Assembly (NCBI GenBank): GCA_043800255.1
Contig: JAZDNF010000013.1
Coordinates: forward strand, 22,474-86,473
Direction: 5' to 3'
Length of the DNA stretch: 64,000 nt
From: Candidatus Altiarchaeota archaeon
GTDB lineage: Archaea > Altiarchaeota > Altiarchaeia > IMC4 > SCGC-AAA252-I15
In this document: one piece after another, positions 18,631-27,235 of the stretch
How positions within the stretch are numbered: the first letter of the stretch is position 1
How the letters are laid out: each line of letters starts with the position of its first letter
Made by a program: the position numbers and the translations under genes
Notes under the pieces: model-generated
Told to the model about the DNA's origin: nothing
Database searches by the model: none
The model's input: the letters and a program-made list of their open reading frames with translations, nothing else

Positions 18631-19899
18631 ATGGCTTATGAGGGTTTCGTTGACAGGAACTATGAGCCGGCAGAGGACGACATCATAGTATTGTTCTACG
18701 TTGAGCCTCCGGAAGGCAGAACCGTGGAGTGGAGCGCGGTCAGGATTGCCGGAGAGAGCAGCGTCGGCACGTGGACTGACGTCTCCACTGAGACGCCGAG
18801 AATTAAGAACGAGCTCGGCCCTAGGATATACGACGTTGACGAAAAAAACGGTCTGGCGAGGATAGCCTACCCCGCAGGACTGTTCGAGTACTCCAACATC
18901 CCCCAGATCATGTCAAGCGTAGCAGGCAACATCTACGGGATGAAGGAGATAAAGAATCTAAGACTGTTAGACCTCAGGATTCCGAAGAGGATGATAGAGG
19001 AACATAAGGGGCCGGCGTATGGCATCGAGGGAGTGAGGAAGGTCTTAGACGTCAAAGAGCGCCCCCTCGTCGGCACCATAGTCAAACCAAAGCTCGGTCT
19101 GAATACTGAAGAGCATGCGAAGGTGGCATACGATGCATGGGTTGGGGGGTGCGACATCGTCAAAGACGACGAGAACCTCACGAGCCAGGACTTCAACCCG
19201 TTTGAGGAGAGGATCGTCAAGACGCTGGAGATGAGGGACAAGGCTGAGAAGGAAACCGGCGAGAGGAAGGTTTACATGCCGAACATCACCGCAGAAACCG
19301 ATGAGATGATAAGGAGGGCGGAATACGTGAAAGAGCATGGCGGAGAGTACGTGATGGTTGACGTCATAACTGTGGGCTTCTCAGGCCTGCAAAGCCTTAG
19401 AAAGAACAGCCATGACCTGGTCCTCCACGCACACAGGGCAATGCATGCCGCATTGACGAGGAACAAAAAGCACGGCATAACCATGCTCGCGCTGGCGAAA
19501 CTCTACAGGCTCATCGGAATGGATCAATTACATATTGGAACAGCAGTCGGGAAGATGGAAGGAGCAGCAAAGGAGGTTGTCAAGATCAAGGAGGAGATAA
19601 CCGAGAAAACGGTTGACGAAAGCGAGTTCTCCCTGGAACAGGACTGGTTTAGCATAAAGCCGACCTTCCCGGTCTGCTCCGGAGGCCTGCACCCGGGACA
19701 CGTTCCAGAGCTTATAAGATTGTTCGGCAAGGACATCATAATACAGGCCGGCGGCGGAGTCCACGGCCACCCTGACGGCACAATAGCGGGGGCGAAGGCG
19801 ATGAGACAGGCAGTGGACGCTGCGATGTCGGGCATAACACTGGAGGAGCACTCCAAAAGGAACAGGGAACTCGCAGCTGCCTTGAAAAAATTCAGATAA
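18631..19899 (+). CDS. rbcL: Ribulose-1,5-bisphosphate carboxylase, form III (archaeal RuBisCO large subunit)
   Basis: Catalytic motifs (GTIVKPKLGL, GGCDIVKDDE, carbamylated-Lys context). At 422 aa it is typical for form III. Confidence 0.9.
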   Translation: MAYEGFVDRNYEPAEDDIIVLFYVEPPEGRTVEWSAVRIAGESSVGTWTDVSTETPRIKNELGPRIYDVDEKNGLARIAYPAGLFEYSNIPQIMSSVAGNIYGMKEIKNLRLLDLRIPKRMIEEHKGPAYGIEGVRKVLDVKERPLVGTIVKPKLGLNTEEHAKVAYDAWVGGCDIVKDDENLTSQDFNPFEERIVKTLEMRDKAEKETGERKVYMPNITAETDEMIRRAEYVKEHGGEYVMVDVITVGFSGLQSLRKNSHDLVLHAHRAMHAALTRNKKHGITMLALAKLYRLIGMDQLHIGTAVGKMEGAAKEVVKIKEEITEKTVDESEFSLEQDWFSIKPTFPVCSGGLHPGHVPELIRLFGKDIIIQAGGGVHGHPDGTIAGAKAMRQAVDAAMSGITLEEHSKRNRELAAALKKFR

Positions 19900-20040
19900 C
19901 ATGGCTGAGGACGTTGGAACGCGGATCGTGAAGGAAGTCGTCCAGATCGGCATACTCCTGTTCATAATACGGTGGCTTTACGGCGTTCTGAGGGTCGAGC
20001 TCCTCGTATTAAAAGGGAGAAAACAAAGGGGTAAGAAGAA

Positions 20041-20238
20041 ATGAATTGCGGATTATGCGGCAGGCCTGTGTACGACAACCAGCCCATATGCGAAGGATGC
20101 AGAAAGTCCAGGAACACGAAAGGCAAGAGAGTCCAGAAGAAGTTCGACAGGGAGGAGAAGATAAAGAAGGCCTGGGGTTTCTCGCAGAAAGAGGAGGACG
20201 AGGAGGAAGAGGACGCGCAGGCCGCGTGGGTTGACTAG
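20041..20238 (+). CDS. Small zinc-ribbon protein with an acidic tail
   Basis: CGLCG...C..C four-Cys motif in the first 20 aa, followed by a Lys- and Glu-rich tail. Confidence 0.4.
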   Translation: MNCGLCGRPVYDNQPICEGCRKSRNTKGKRVQKKFDREEKIKKAWGFSQKEEDEEEEDAQAAWVD

Positions 20239-21203
20239 CGCCTTCTCCGGGAATGCTGCCGGTAATACTGAAGTGGATGTTTCACGTTGCAGGTTTGCTT
20301 GCAGAAGCCGTAGGATTTTATCTTAGGACAGCTGGGGCACGAGTATTTCGTACCTCCGACGGAGCCCATGAGGAAATCCAGCTGATAGCCTGCCACAGTC
20401 TCGTTGTACTTCGGAGACCTCTCGAATATCTTGAGTATGGCCTCTTTAGTTAGGCCGAGCCCGGCGAAAAAGGTCCCGAGTATGAACATGCCGTTGTGGT
20501 TCAGGTTCCCCGACTCCAGGAACGAGATGAGCTCCTTTATGCAAGGCGGAATCGCAGTATCATCCAACTGCTCTATCTTCATGCTCTTCTGTGGCGTGAA
20601 TGTCACATCCTTGACTTTTGCCGCCTGTTTTTTCAGCATGTCCGGGACTGAAGCGAGTGGAACCGGCTCCTCCACAGCAGAGCGGATCTGCTCCCGCAGG
20701 AGTGCCAGTACCTCAGAGTCAGACAGGTTGGTATTCCCCCTGTCGACGACCCTGTTAACCAGCCTCCATCTTGGGTCGAACCTGGCCAGATGGGATGACA
20801 GTCTCACATAGTCAAGAACCTTGATTCTGCTGCCCTCAACCGGGAATGCCAGATCCCGCTTGATCGTCTCGACCAAATGCTTATCCTCAGACTTCAGCAG
20901 CTCGTAGGCTGAGTTCGCCTCGCCCTGGGCGTACCTTCTGATTACGTTCTGGTTCTTCGTCAGGTTGGCGAGTATTCTGGCAATCGGATAGCTTAGTATC
21001 GTAAGCTCCATGCCAACCCTGTCCTCCAGGTTGGGGCTCACCCGGTTGTTTAGGGAATTCAGAAGCCTCTGCCTTCCAAGCTCGAACGACGACGAGTAGA
21101 CCGGATGCTTCAGGATGTCATCAAGCGACAGGTTCAGCGATTTGACGAAATCCTTTGCCTCGCTGAGAAATGGATACTTGGCGAGAATTTCAAGATTGGA
21201 CAT
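20235..21203 (-). CDS. priL: DNA primase large subunit (PriL)-like, with a C-terminal Fe-S Cys cluster
   Basis: 322 aa. It has a helical N-domain and a C-terminal cluster of 5 Cys (CPSCP...CKQTC), as in the eukaryotic-type primase large subunit. Confidence 0.5.
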   Translation of the reverse strand: MSNLEILAKYPFLSEAKDFVKSLNLSLDDILKHPVYSSSFELGRQRLLNSLNNRVSPNLEDRVGMELTILSYPIARILANLTKNQNVIRRYAQGEANSAYELLKSEDKHLVETIKRDLAFPVEGSRIKVLDYVRLSSHLARFDPRWRLVNRVVDRGNTNLSDSEVLALLREQIRSAVEEPVPLASVPDMLKKQAAKVKDVTFTPQKSMKIEQLDDTAIPPCIKELISFLESGNLNHNGMFILGTFFAGLGLTKEAILKIFERSPKYNETVAGYQLDFLMGSVGGTKYSCPSCPKIKSYGFCKQTCNVKHPLQYYRQHSRRRR

Positions 21204-21239
21204 GATGGTTTAAATTAGGGCATACAATAAGAGCCTGAA

Positions 21240-22001
21240 CTAGAGTTCCAGCACCTCGAATCCAGAGCCCCTCACGAACTTTATCGGGTGTATGTTCTCG
21301 CTGTGGTCCGTGCCCCTCATCTTTTTGATGGTGAGGCTCCTGCCCGCGGCCTCGCCGGACATCGTATAGTGCAGCTGTATTACCCCGTCAACGACGTAGC
21401 TTTCTATCCCCATCGTCATCGACTCACGGTAGGGGGAGAGCTCGCTTATCATTATGGTCGTCAGGCCGGCGGCCTTGAGCTTGAAGTTCACGTAAAGGAG
21501 CATCCTCCTCACCTGGGTGGCATTCTCCATCATCAGGTCCAGCGCGGGGAGGCTGTCTATCACAACCCTCTTGGCGTTAACCTTCTTTGCGGTCTCTACG
21601 ATGATGTCAAATATCTTCGAAGGCTGGGTTTCGCCTGGCAACACCTGGAAGCTGCCATCCTTCTTCTTTGCCATAAAATCGCCCAACTCTATTTTGGAGA
21701 GGCTGGCGTCTATTACAACAATCTTCTTCTCCCTCTCGAGGGAGTCCATGTCCAGGTTGAACGCCTTGATGTCTTTTTTTATCTCAGACGGGCTCTGCTC
21801 CAATGCCAGCAGTATTCCGTTTTCATTGTACTCTGATGCGCCCCTGCACAGGAACTCCACCCCGAATAGTGTCTTGCCTGTGCCCGTCTCCCCAGCGACC
21901 AGTATGGTCCTGCCCCTAGGGAGGCCGCCCTCGACAAGCTTGTCAAAGCCTTTTATTCCAGTCGGAACCCTCTCATAAATTTCGCTTTCAGAGTCCATCA
22001 A
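21240..22001 (-). CDS. KaiC-like RecA-superfamily ATPase (single KaiC domain)
   Basis: GIKGFDKLVEGGLPRGRTILVAGETGTGKT Walker A plus a KaiC-type Walker B. Confidence 0.7.
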   Translation of the reverse strand: MMDSESEIYERVPTGIKGFDKLVEGGLPRGRTILVAGETGTGKTLFGVEFLCRGASEYNENGILLALEQSPSEIKKDIKAFNLDMDSLEREKKIVVIDASLSKIELGDFMAKKKDGSFQVLPGETQPSKIFDIIVETAKKVNAKRVVIDSLPALDLMMENATQVRRMLLYVNFKLKAAGLTTIMISELSPYRESMTMGIESYVVDGVIQLHYTMSGEAAGRSLTIKKMRGTDHSENIHPIKFVRGSGFEVLEL

Positions 22002-23662
22002 CGCTCCCTCAACCGTTTTACTATGAATACTATCGCAATAAGTAATAGGATGGGGATTACATAGTCTTTTATTACTGACCTGTCGATCCTCTCCTTAAGG
22101 TCTGAGTCTGTCTTGTTCTCTACGACAGTTATGTTCGTGTGAGCCGGCTTGTAGCCTGCACGCACCGCGCTCACCTGCCACACGCCAAGGAGGTCCGCCT
22201 TCACGACGGTCTTTACGTCAACGTTCGACCGCATCTGCAGCTCGCTGCCGGAAGGCATCAGGATTTTCAGTATGGACGCTACCTTATTGCCTCCCTTGTC
22301 CGTGACGTCGATGTCCAAGTCCTGCCCGAGAAATATCTCCCTCGGCACGTTGACTATCAGTTTGGGCGTTACGATGTGCGTCGGGCATAGGTCGCACGGC
22401 CCTCCGCAGTCTATCCCAAGCTCGTTCTTGTCCTGATAGCCGTTGAAACAGTAACATGGCCTGCAGTCTCCGCCGCAGTCCACTTCCGCCTCGTTGCCGT
22501 TTTTGATTCCATCCTGGCACGTGCCAGGGACCTCGCACTGCAGTATGCTGAAGTACTTTTCAATGGACGGGTACTCGTCCCTTCTGGCGCTTACGATGTA
22601 AGTCCCGCCCTGGTAGAGCATTGTATTTGCCATGCCGCTCTCGTTGGTCTTCAGGTCTGTTATCGCATCGCCGCGATAGTAGAGCCTCAGCATGACGTCC
22701 TTCAGGACTTTCCCGGTTTCAGAGTCTCTGACGAGTATCTTCACAGGCTCGCTTAGGCAGGTCTTCTCTACGCTAGCGTCCAAATCCCCTATTATGGGAG
22801 GCAGCACCTTTACTGATACGAAGCTCGTCTCGCTGATTGAGCTGTTGGTGTATATCTTGAGGGTTGTATTGTAGGTCTCGTTTCTTGCGTCCTCCGGGAT
22901 CCTGATGACCAGTTCAGCGTTCTCGTGGCTGTAGGGGTCTAACGCCTTTGAGGGGGGAATCACGCTGAGGACTGTCGAAGAGATGTTGTGTTCGTTTGAT
23001 ATCAAGTCTGTTTTTGTTATGGCATTGACCATCACAGGCTCGCCTGCCGCCGACTGTATGTTGATCTGGAAGCTCCGTTCCAGGCCTGCTGGAACCTCCG
23101 CAGTTATTGATTGCACGGTGATGCACGCCGGACAGAACTGTCCTCCGCAGTCTACGAGCGTCTCGCCTGAGTCAAGCACGCCGTTGGTGCAGGTGTTTGA
23201 GTAGACTGTGAATTCCGCCGAGTCGGAGCGCAGGACGCCCCGGACGTCCTTGACATTCACCCTGCATTTCCATTTTCCAGGCGATGCGGCCGGGTATATG
23301 CTGAATCCGTAGAATATCTTCCGCGACGTCACGTTCAGAGGCCGCACGAGGCCTGTGTCGGCTGAATAGTGAGTGCTGACGTGGTCAGCGCTGTCTTCCT
23401 CCGCTTTCTCGGCGTTCCATGCCACTGCGTTGATTTCCTCTATGTCGTCAAAGCCGTTCAGGTCTGTTACCGTGACATTGCACCACTCGGTCACAGTATT
23501 GTCGCCTTTCCCGTCCGATTTCAGGATTACGTATTGTGTTACGTCAAGGCCTTCGATAACTGGCGGCACATTCCTTATGTCGACGCCAACTGTGACGTCT
23601 GCGCTGGAGAATGAAGCTAGGAGGAGGACTGAGAATAGCAGGAGGTATCGGCTTTTTTGCAT
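21998..23662 (-). CDS. Secreted, membrane-anchored surface protein with tandem D-C-G-G-x-C cysteine mini-modules
   Basis: N-terminal signal peptide and a C-terminal TM anchor followed by a basic tail (IVFIVKRLRER). It contains three NGxE..VDCGGxCxxC modules. Confidence 0.6.
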   Translation of the reverse strand: MQKSRYLLLFSVLLLASFSSADVTVGVDIRNVPPVIEGLDVTQYVILKSDGKGDNTVTEWCNVTVTDLNGFDDIEEINAVAWNAEKAEEDSADHVSTHYSADTGLVRPLNVTSRKIFYGFSIYPAASPGKWKCRVNVKDVRGVLRSDSAEFTVYSNTCTNGVLDSGETLVDCGGQFCPACITVQSITAEVPAGLERSFQINIQSAAGEPVMVNAITKTDLISNEHNISSTVLSVIPPSKALDPYSHENAELVIRIPEDARNETYNTTLKIYTNSSISETSFVSVKVLPPIIGDLDASVEKTCLSEPVKILVRDSETGKVLKDVMLRLYYRGDAITDLKTNESGMANTMLYQGGTYIVSARRDEYPSIEKYFSILQCEVPGTCQDGIKNGNEAEVDCGGDCRPCYCFNGYQDKNELGIDCGGPCDLCPTHIVTPKLIVNVPREIFLGQDLDIDVTDKGGNKVASILKILMPSGSELQMRSNVDVKTVVKADLLGVWQVSAVRAGYKPAHTNITVVENKTDSDLKERIDRSVIKDYVIPILLLIAIVFIVKRLRER

Positions 23663-23678
23663 CTTGGTTATATATCAG

Positions 23679-23879
23679 ATGGCTATTTTAATATGTATTA
23701 TTAATCTCTTAGGCATGGTCAGCAAAATCCACATCATAGGCACTGGAGCCATAATACTGATGGCGTTCATAGCGGTAATCGTTATACTAGTCCTTTGGAT
23801 ATACTTCGGCTACCATTATGAGGTCATTACTCCGCCTCAGATCGCCCTTCAGGAGGTTACGAGCACTCTTGCGGTTTAG
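23679..23879 (+). CDS. Small membrane protein (66 aa)
   Basis: Internal ATG of track ORF 23373..23879. Upstream of this ATG the ORF overlaps the surface-protein gene on the opposite strand, so the internal start is more likely. Two TM helices. Confidence 0.3.
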   Translation: MAILICIINLLGMVSKIHIIGTGAIILMAFIAVIVILVLWIYFGYHYEVITPPQIALQEVTSTLAV

Positions 23880-23883
23880 GAGT

Positions 23884-24201
23884 TCATTTCCCAAGCAGCT
23901 TGGCTGGGAGCTCTTTCAGATAGGTTATGCCCTCATCGAACTGTTTCTTGCCTTTTGCGGTTATCGTGTAGTATCTTCGCGGCCTGCCGGTCTGATGCAC
24001 CCATTCGTCCTTCACGTATCCTCCCATGTTCAGCTTGTAGAGGACCATGTAAGCTGTCATGTTGCCTATCGTGAACCCGAATTCCCTCTGTATTTTGTCC
24101 CTTATCTCGTAGGCGTAGAGCGGCCCCTTGTTCAGCAGGGACAGTATGTAAAGCCACAGGTTCTCCCGGGTTGTTTTCTCTTTTAGCCTCTTCAGCGGCA
24201 T
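23884..24201 (-). CDS. PadR-family transcriptional regulator
   Basis: Winged-HTH PadR signature (WLYILSLLNKGPLYAYEI...GRPRRYYTIT). Confidence 0.8.
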   Translation of the reverse strand: MPLKRLKEKTTRENLWLYILSLLNKGPLYAYEIRDKIQREFGFTIGNMTAYMVLYKLNMGGYVKDEWVHQTGRPRRYYTITAKGKKQFDEGITYLKELPAKLLGK

Positions 24202-24277
24202 TTTTATAGTATGATGTTTTATAGGTATAAAATATATATTTTATAGGTATAAAATATTACATGACCATGTCGGTAAG
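24202..24277. promoter_or_regulatory. Divergent promoter region with a 22-bp tandem direct repeat (TTTATAGGTATAAAATAT x2 plus a degenerate third copy) that includes a TATA-like box
   Basis: Exact copies lie at 24218-24235 and 24240-24257, with a degenerate copy at 24203-24216. The TATAAAAT core sits about 27 nt upstream of the inositol-1-phosphate synthase gene ATG at 24278. Confidence 0.5.
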
Positions 24278-25363
24278 ATGAAAAACATAAAAGTCGCAAT
24301 AGTGGGAGTGGGAAACTGCGCATCATCGCTGGTGCAGGGGATAGAGTACTACAAGAACGTCACCGGGGACGACTCCCTGGTGCCAGGGCTGATGCACAAC
24401 GTAATGGCAGGCTACAGGATATCCAACATAAGATTCGTCTGCGCATTCGACGTCGACTCTAAAAAAGTAGGGAAAGACCTGAGCGAAGCAGTTTTCGCAA
24501 AACCGAACTGCACCAAAAAATTCTCAAACGTCCCGAAATGGGACGTCGAAGTCCGGAAGGGGCCGGTATTGGACGGTGTCGCAGACACTACCAGGGAGAA
24601 ATTCTCGGTAGACCCCAAACAGAAGCCAGTGGACGTTAAAGAAGCGCTCAAAGAGTCAAAAGCGGAGGTGCTGATAAACTATCTCCCAGTCGGCTCAGAA
24701 GAGGCTGCAAGATTCTACGCGAACGAGTGCCTTGCGGCTGGAGTCGCGTTCATAAACGCCATGCCGGTTTTCATAGCATCCAACGAGGAGTGGGGGAAGA
24801 GGTTCAAGGAGGCCGGCATACCAACCATAGGAGACGACATAAAATCCCAGGTCGGCGCCACGATAGTCCACAGAACCCTCACAAGACTGTTCGTCGACAG
24901 AGGAGTCAAACTGGACAACACATACCAGTTGAACGTCGGGGGCAACACGGACTTCCTGAACATGCTCGAAAGGCAGAGGCTGAAGTCGAAGAAGATAAGC
25001 AAGACGCAGTCAGTGCAGTCGCAGCTGCCAACCCAGCTGCCGCCGGACAACATCCACATAGGGCCGTCAGATTATGTGCCGTGGCTTAACGACAAGAAGC
25101 TGTGCTTCATAAGGATGGAGGGCAGGAAGTTCGGCGACGTTCCGATAAACATCGAACTGCGGCTGGATGTTGAGGACTCGCCGAACTCCGCCGGAGTCAT
25201 GGTCGACGCCATAAGATGCGCGAAAATAGCGCTGGACAGGAAGGTCGGGGGGCCGCTGACAAGCCCGTCGTCCTATTTTATGAAAAGCCCGCTAATACAA
25301 TACACAGACGACGTGGCACGCCAGATGGTCGAAGAGTTCATAAAAGGGGAGAGGAACGCCTAA
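24278..25363 (+). CDS. ino1: myo-Inositol-1-phosphate synthase (archaeal short form)
   Basis: NAD-binding N-terminus ([16 protein letters not shown]) and MIPS catalytic-region similarity. 361 aa. Confidence 0.85.
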   Translation: MKNIKVAIVGVGNCASSLVQGIEYYKNVTGDDSLVPGLMHNVMAGYRISNIRFVCAFDVDSKKVGKDLSEAVFAKPNCTKKFSNVPKWDVEVRKGPVLDGVADTTREKFSVDPKQKPVDVKEALKESKAEVLINYLPVGSEEAARFYANECLAAGVAFINAMPVFIASNEEWGKRFKEAGIPTIGDDIKSQVGATIVHRTLTRLFVDRGVKLDNTYQLNVGGNTDFLNMLERQRLKSKKISKTQSVQSQLPTQLPPDNIHIGPSDYVPWLNDKKLCFIRMEGRKFGDVPINIELRLDVEDSPNSAGVMVDAIRCAKIALDRKVGGPLTSPSSYFMKSPLIQYTDDVARQMVEEFIKGERNA

Positions 25364-25364
25364 G

Positions 25365-25976
25365 TTGATAAAGTCAAAATTCGAGACCGAGTATCTGAGC
25401 ATAAGGCTGGGGATGATATTCTCGAAGCTGCCGCTCTCAGCGAACACGTGGACCCTGTTTTCGCTCGTTCCAGCGCTACTGGGTTTCCTGTACCTTATAG
25501 ACGAGAAGCTCATACCGGCCCTGATACTGTTCATAATCTCTGGCATGATAGACGCGATAGACGGCTCGGTCGCAAGAGTCACCAAAAGCGTCTCAAACCT
25601 GGGCGCCTTCCTCGACGGCATAATCGACAGATACGTCGAGCTGCTCCTATACGTAGGCCTCGTAATCTACCTGGGAGACGCCACGATATTCTCGACGCCG
25701 GTAACGGTCTGGGTAATACTGCTGGTCTTCGGATCGGTTATGCCGGCCTTCGTCAGAGCATACGCAGACCACAAGGGCGTTGTCACTGAACCAGAAGACC
25801 AGAGGAGGATGGGCGGCCTCCTGGAGCGGTTCGAGAGGCTTGTCCTGGTATATGCCGGCATGCTGGCAGGATACTACAACCCGCAGTATCTTGCGCTTTC
25901 CGTCGTCATCGTCGCGGTGGTGGCGAACATCACAGCCCTTCAGAGGATACTGTTCGTCATATCATACGAAAGATAG
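25365..25976 (+). CDS. CDP-alcohol phosphatidyltransferase; likely archaetidylinositol-phosphate synthase (or DIPP synthase)
   Basis: Complete D-G-x2-A-R-x8-G-x3-D-x3-D motif (DAIDGSVAR...GAFLDGIIDR). It is a multi-TM protein and starts 1 nt after ino1. Confidence 0.7.
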   Translation: MIKSKFETEYLSIRLGMIFSKLPLSANTWTLFSLVPALLGFLYLIDEKLIPALILFIISGMIDAIDGSVARVTKSVSNLGAFLDGIIDRYVELLLYVGLVIYLGDATIFSTPVTVWVILLVFGSVMPAFVRAYADHKGVVTEPEDQRRMGGLLERFERLVLVYAGMLAGYYNPQYLALSVVIVAVVANITALQRILFVISYER

Positions 25977-26007
25977 CATTTTTACGCTGAGAAGATTATT
26001 CTATAAG

Positions 26008-26352
26008 ATGTCCGAGAACTTGAATCCCAGGGATTTGATGGATGCGCTGGTAGAAAAGCATGAGAGCTTCCTGAAATCCTACGAGGAGGAGTACGACTCC
26101 CTCAGGAGGATTGACGTCCTCAGCGAGAAGGTCGAGCAGCTGGACTTCTGGATCAAGATGAGGAGGGACGAAAGCGGGGATACGCAGAAAAAAAAGGACG
26201 TCACGAAGAAGGAGTTGGACTCGCTTACCAAAAAGTACTCGATAAAGAACCCGCAGAAGAGGATGGAACTTCTGAAGGGGGGGATAAAGGAGCACAAGAT
26301 AGCTCTCGAACACTGGAACAATGAACGAAGACGAGCTGAAAAGAAAGGTTGA
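26008..26352 (+). CDS. Coiled-coil protein, N-terminal part
   Basis: Internal ATG of track ORF 25780..26352, whose upstream part overlaps the preceding CDS. Charged heptad-rich sequence. Confidence 0.4.
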   Translation: MSENLNPRDLMDALVEKHESFLKSYEEEYDSLRRIDVLSEKVEQLDFWIKMRRDESGDTQKKKDVTKKELDSLTKKYSIKNPQKRMELLKGGIKEHKIALEHWNNERRRAEKKG

Positions 26353-27235
26353 CGAATTCAGGGCCAAGACGTCCAAGAGTGAAAGGGAGATAAAGGACAT
26401 TTACGGAAAGATAAAGGCCGACCAGATGGAGATAAAAAAGTCCAAACTCGAAAGGGACAAGTGCAACGCAGAGGTCAAGCGGCTCATGGAGGAGGCCAAG
26501 AAACTGAGGAACGAGAGAGACAAGCTGAACGACGAGGTCGCGCAACTGAAGAGGAAACACAAGGACATCGTCACGAAGACCAAAAAGCAGGCTGAGGAGA
26601 TAAAGAAGTTCAAGAAGGAGAGAGACCAGCTGAACAAGCAGGCTAAGACGACCGACAGGGTCCTGGAGAAACGATTCAACAGGATGATGGAAAAGCTGAA
26701 GACCCAGGACATCCCCCTGGAGGATGAGATCAAGCTCTTCGACGATGTCCTGAAGACCGGGGTCGACCTCGATGTCGCAAAGAAGGCGACCAAAATCCAC
26801 AACCAGATACTCAGCGAGTACATCAGCATAAAGGACATGCGAAACCAGCTCGACCAGGTGTCGGGGGAAATCGATTCCAAAAAGAAGCTCGCCGACGAAT
26901 GCCACCTGAAGGTGAAGGATACCTTCGAGCAGGCCGAAAAGCTCAGAACGCTGGCTGACAAACACCACGAGAAGGTCACGGAGGAGTTCGAGAAGATACG
27001 GCCGATGAAGGAGAGGATAGACGCGCTGAAGGCTGAAATCAGCATCATACACGATGAGATGAAGCCCTACAGCGACAAACTCGAGGAGATAAGGCGCGAG
27101 AGGGAAGACAAAAAGAGAATCGCAAGCGCCGAAAAAATAAAAGAGAAGCTGATGGGCAACAAGAGGATCAGCTTAGACGACTTCAGGATCATGCTTGAGC
27201 ACGGCGGCCTCAAGCAGGAAGCAAAAACGGACTAG
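26321..27235 (+). CDS. Coiled-coil protein (304 aa, K/E-rich)
   Basis: Long heptad-repeat, lysine- and glutamate-rich ORF. It overlaps the previous ORF by 32 nt in another frame. Confidence 0.5.
   Translation: MNEDELKRKVDEFRAKTSKSEREIKDIYGKIKADQMEIKKSKLERDKCNAEVKRLMEEAKKLRNERDKLNDEVAQLKRKHKDIVTKTKKQAEEIKKFKKERDQLNKQAKTTDRVLEKRFNRMMEKLKTQDIPLEDEIKLFDDVLKTGVDLDVAKKATKIHNQILSEYISIKDMRNQLDQVSGEIDSKKKLADECHLKVKDTFEQAEKLRTLADKHHEKVTEEFEKIRPMKERIDALKAEISIIHDEMKPYSDKLEEIRREREDKKRIASAEKIKEKLMGNKRISLDDFRIMLEHGGLKQEAKTD

Noticed and set aside
19901-20044. 47-aa hydrophobic ORF starting 1 nt after the rbcL stop
   Set aside because: It is plausible as a coupled micro-protein, but it is short and unsupported. 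I did not list it as a feature.
24202-24277. The tandem 22-bp repeat as a CRISPR-like or mobile-element repeat
   Set aside because: There are only 2-3 units, no unique spacers, and each unit contains a TATA-like box in a divergent promoter. An operator/promoter duplication is the better explanation.
25365-25976. Calling the CDP-alcohol transferase specifically DIPP synthase
   Set aside because: No fused or adjacent IPCT (cytidylyltransferase) domain is present. I cannot distinguish archaetidylinositol-phosphate synthase from DIPP synthase on sequence alone, so I left the call generic.
25780-26352. Upstream start at 25780 for the first coiled-coil ORF
   Set aside because: The first 76 codons overlap the 3' end of the CDP-alcohol transferase gene in another frame and are Trp/Ser/Arg-rich. 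The internal ATG at 26008 gives a clean start after that gene's stop.
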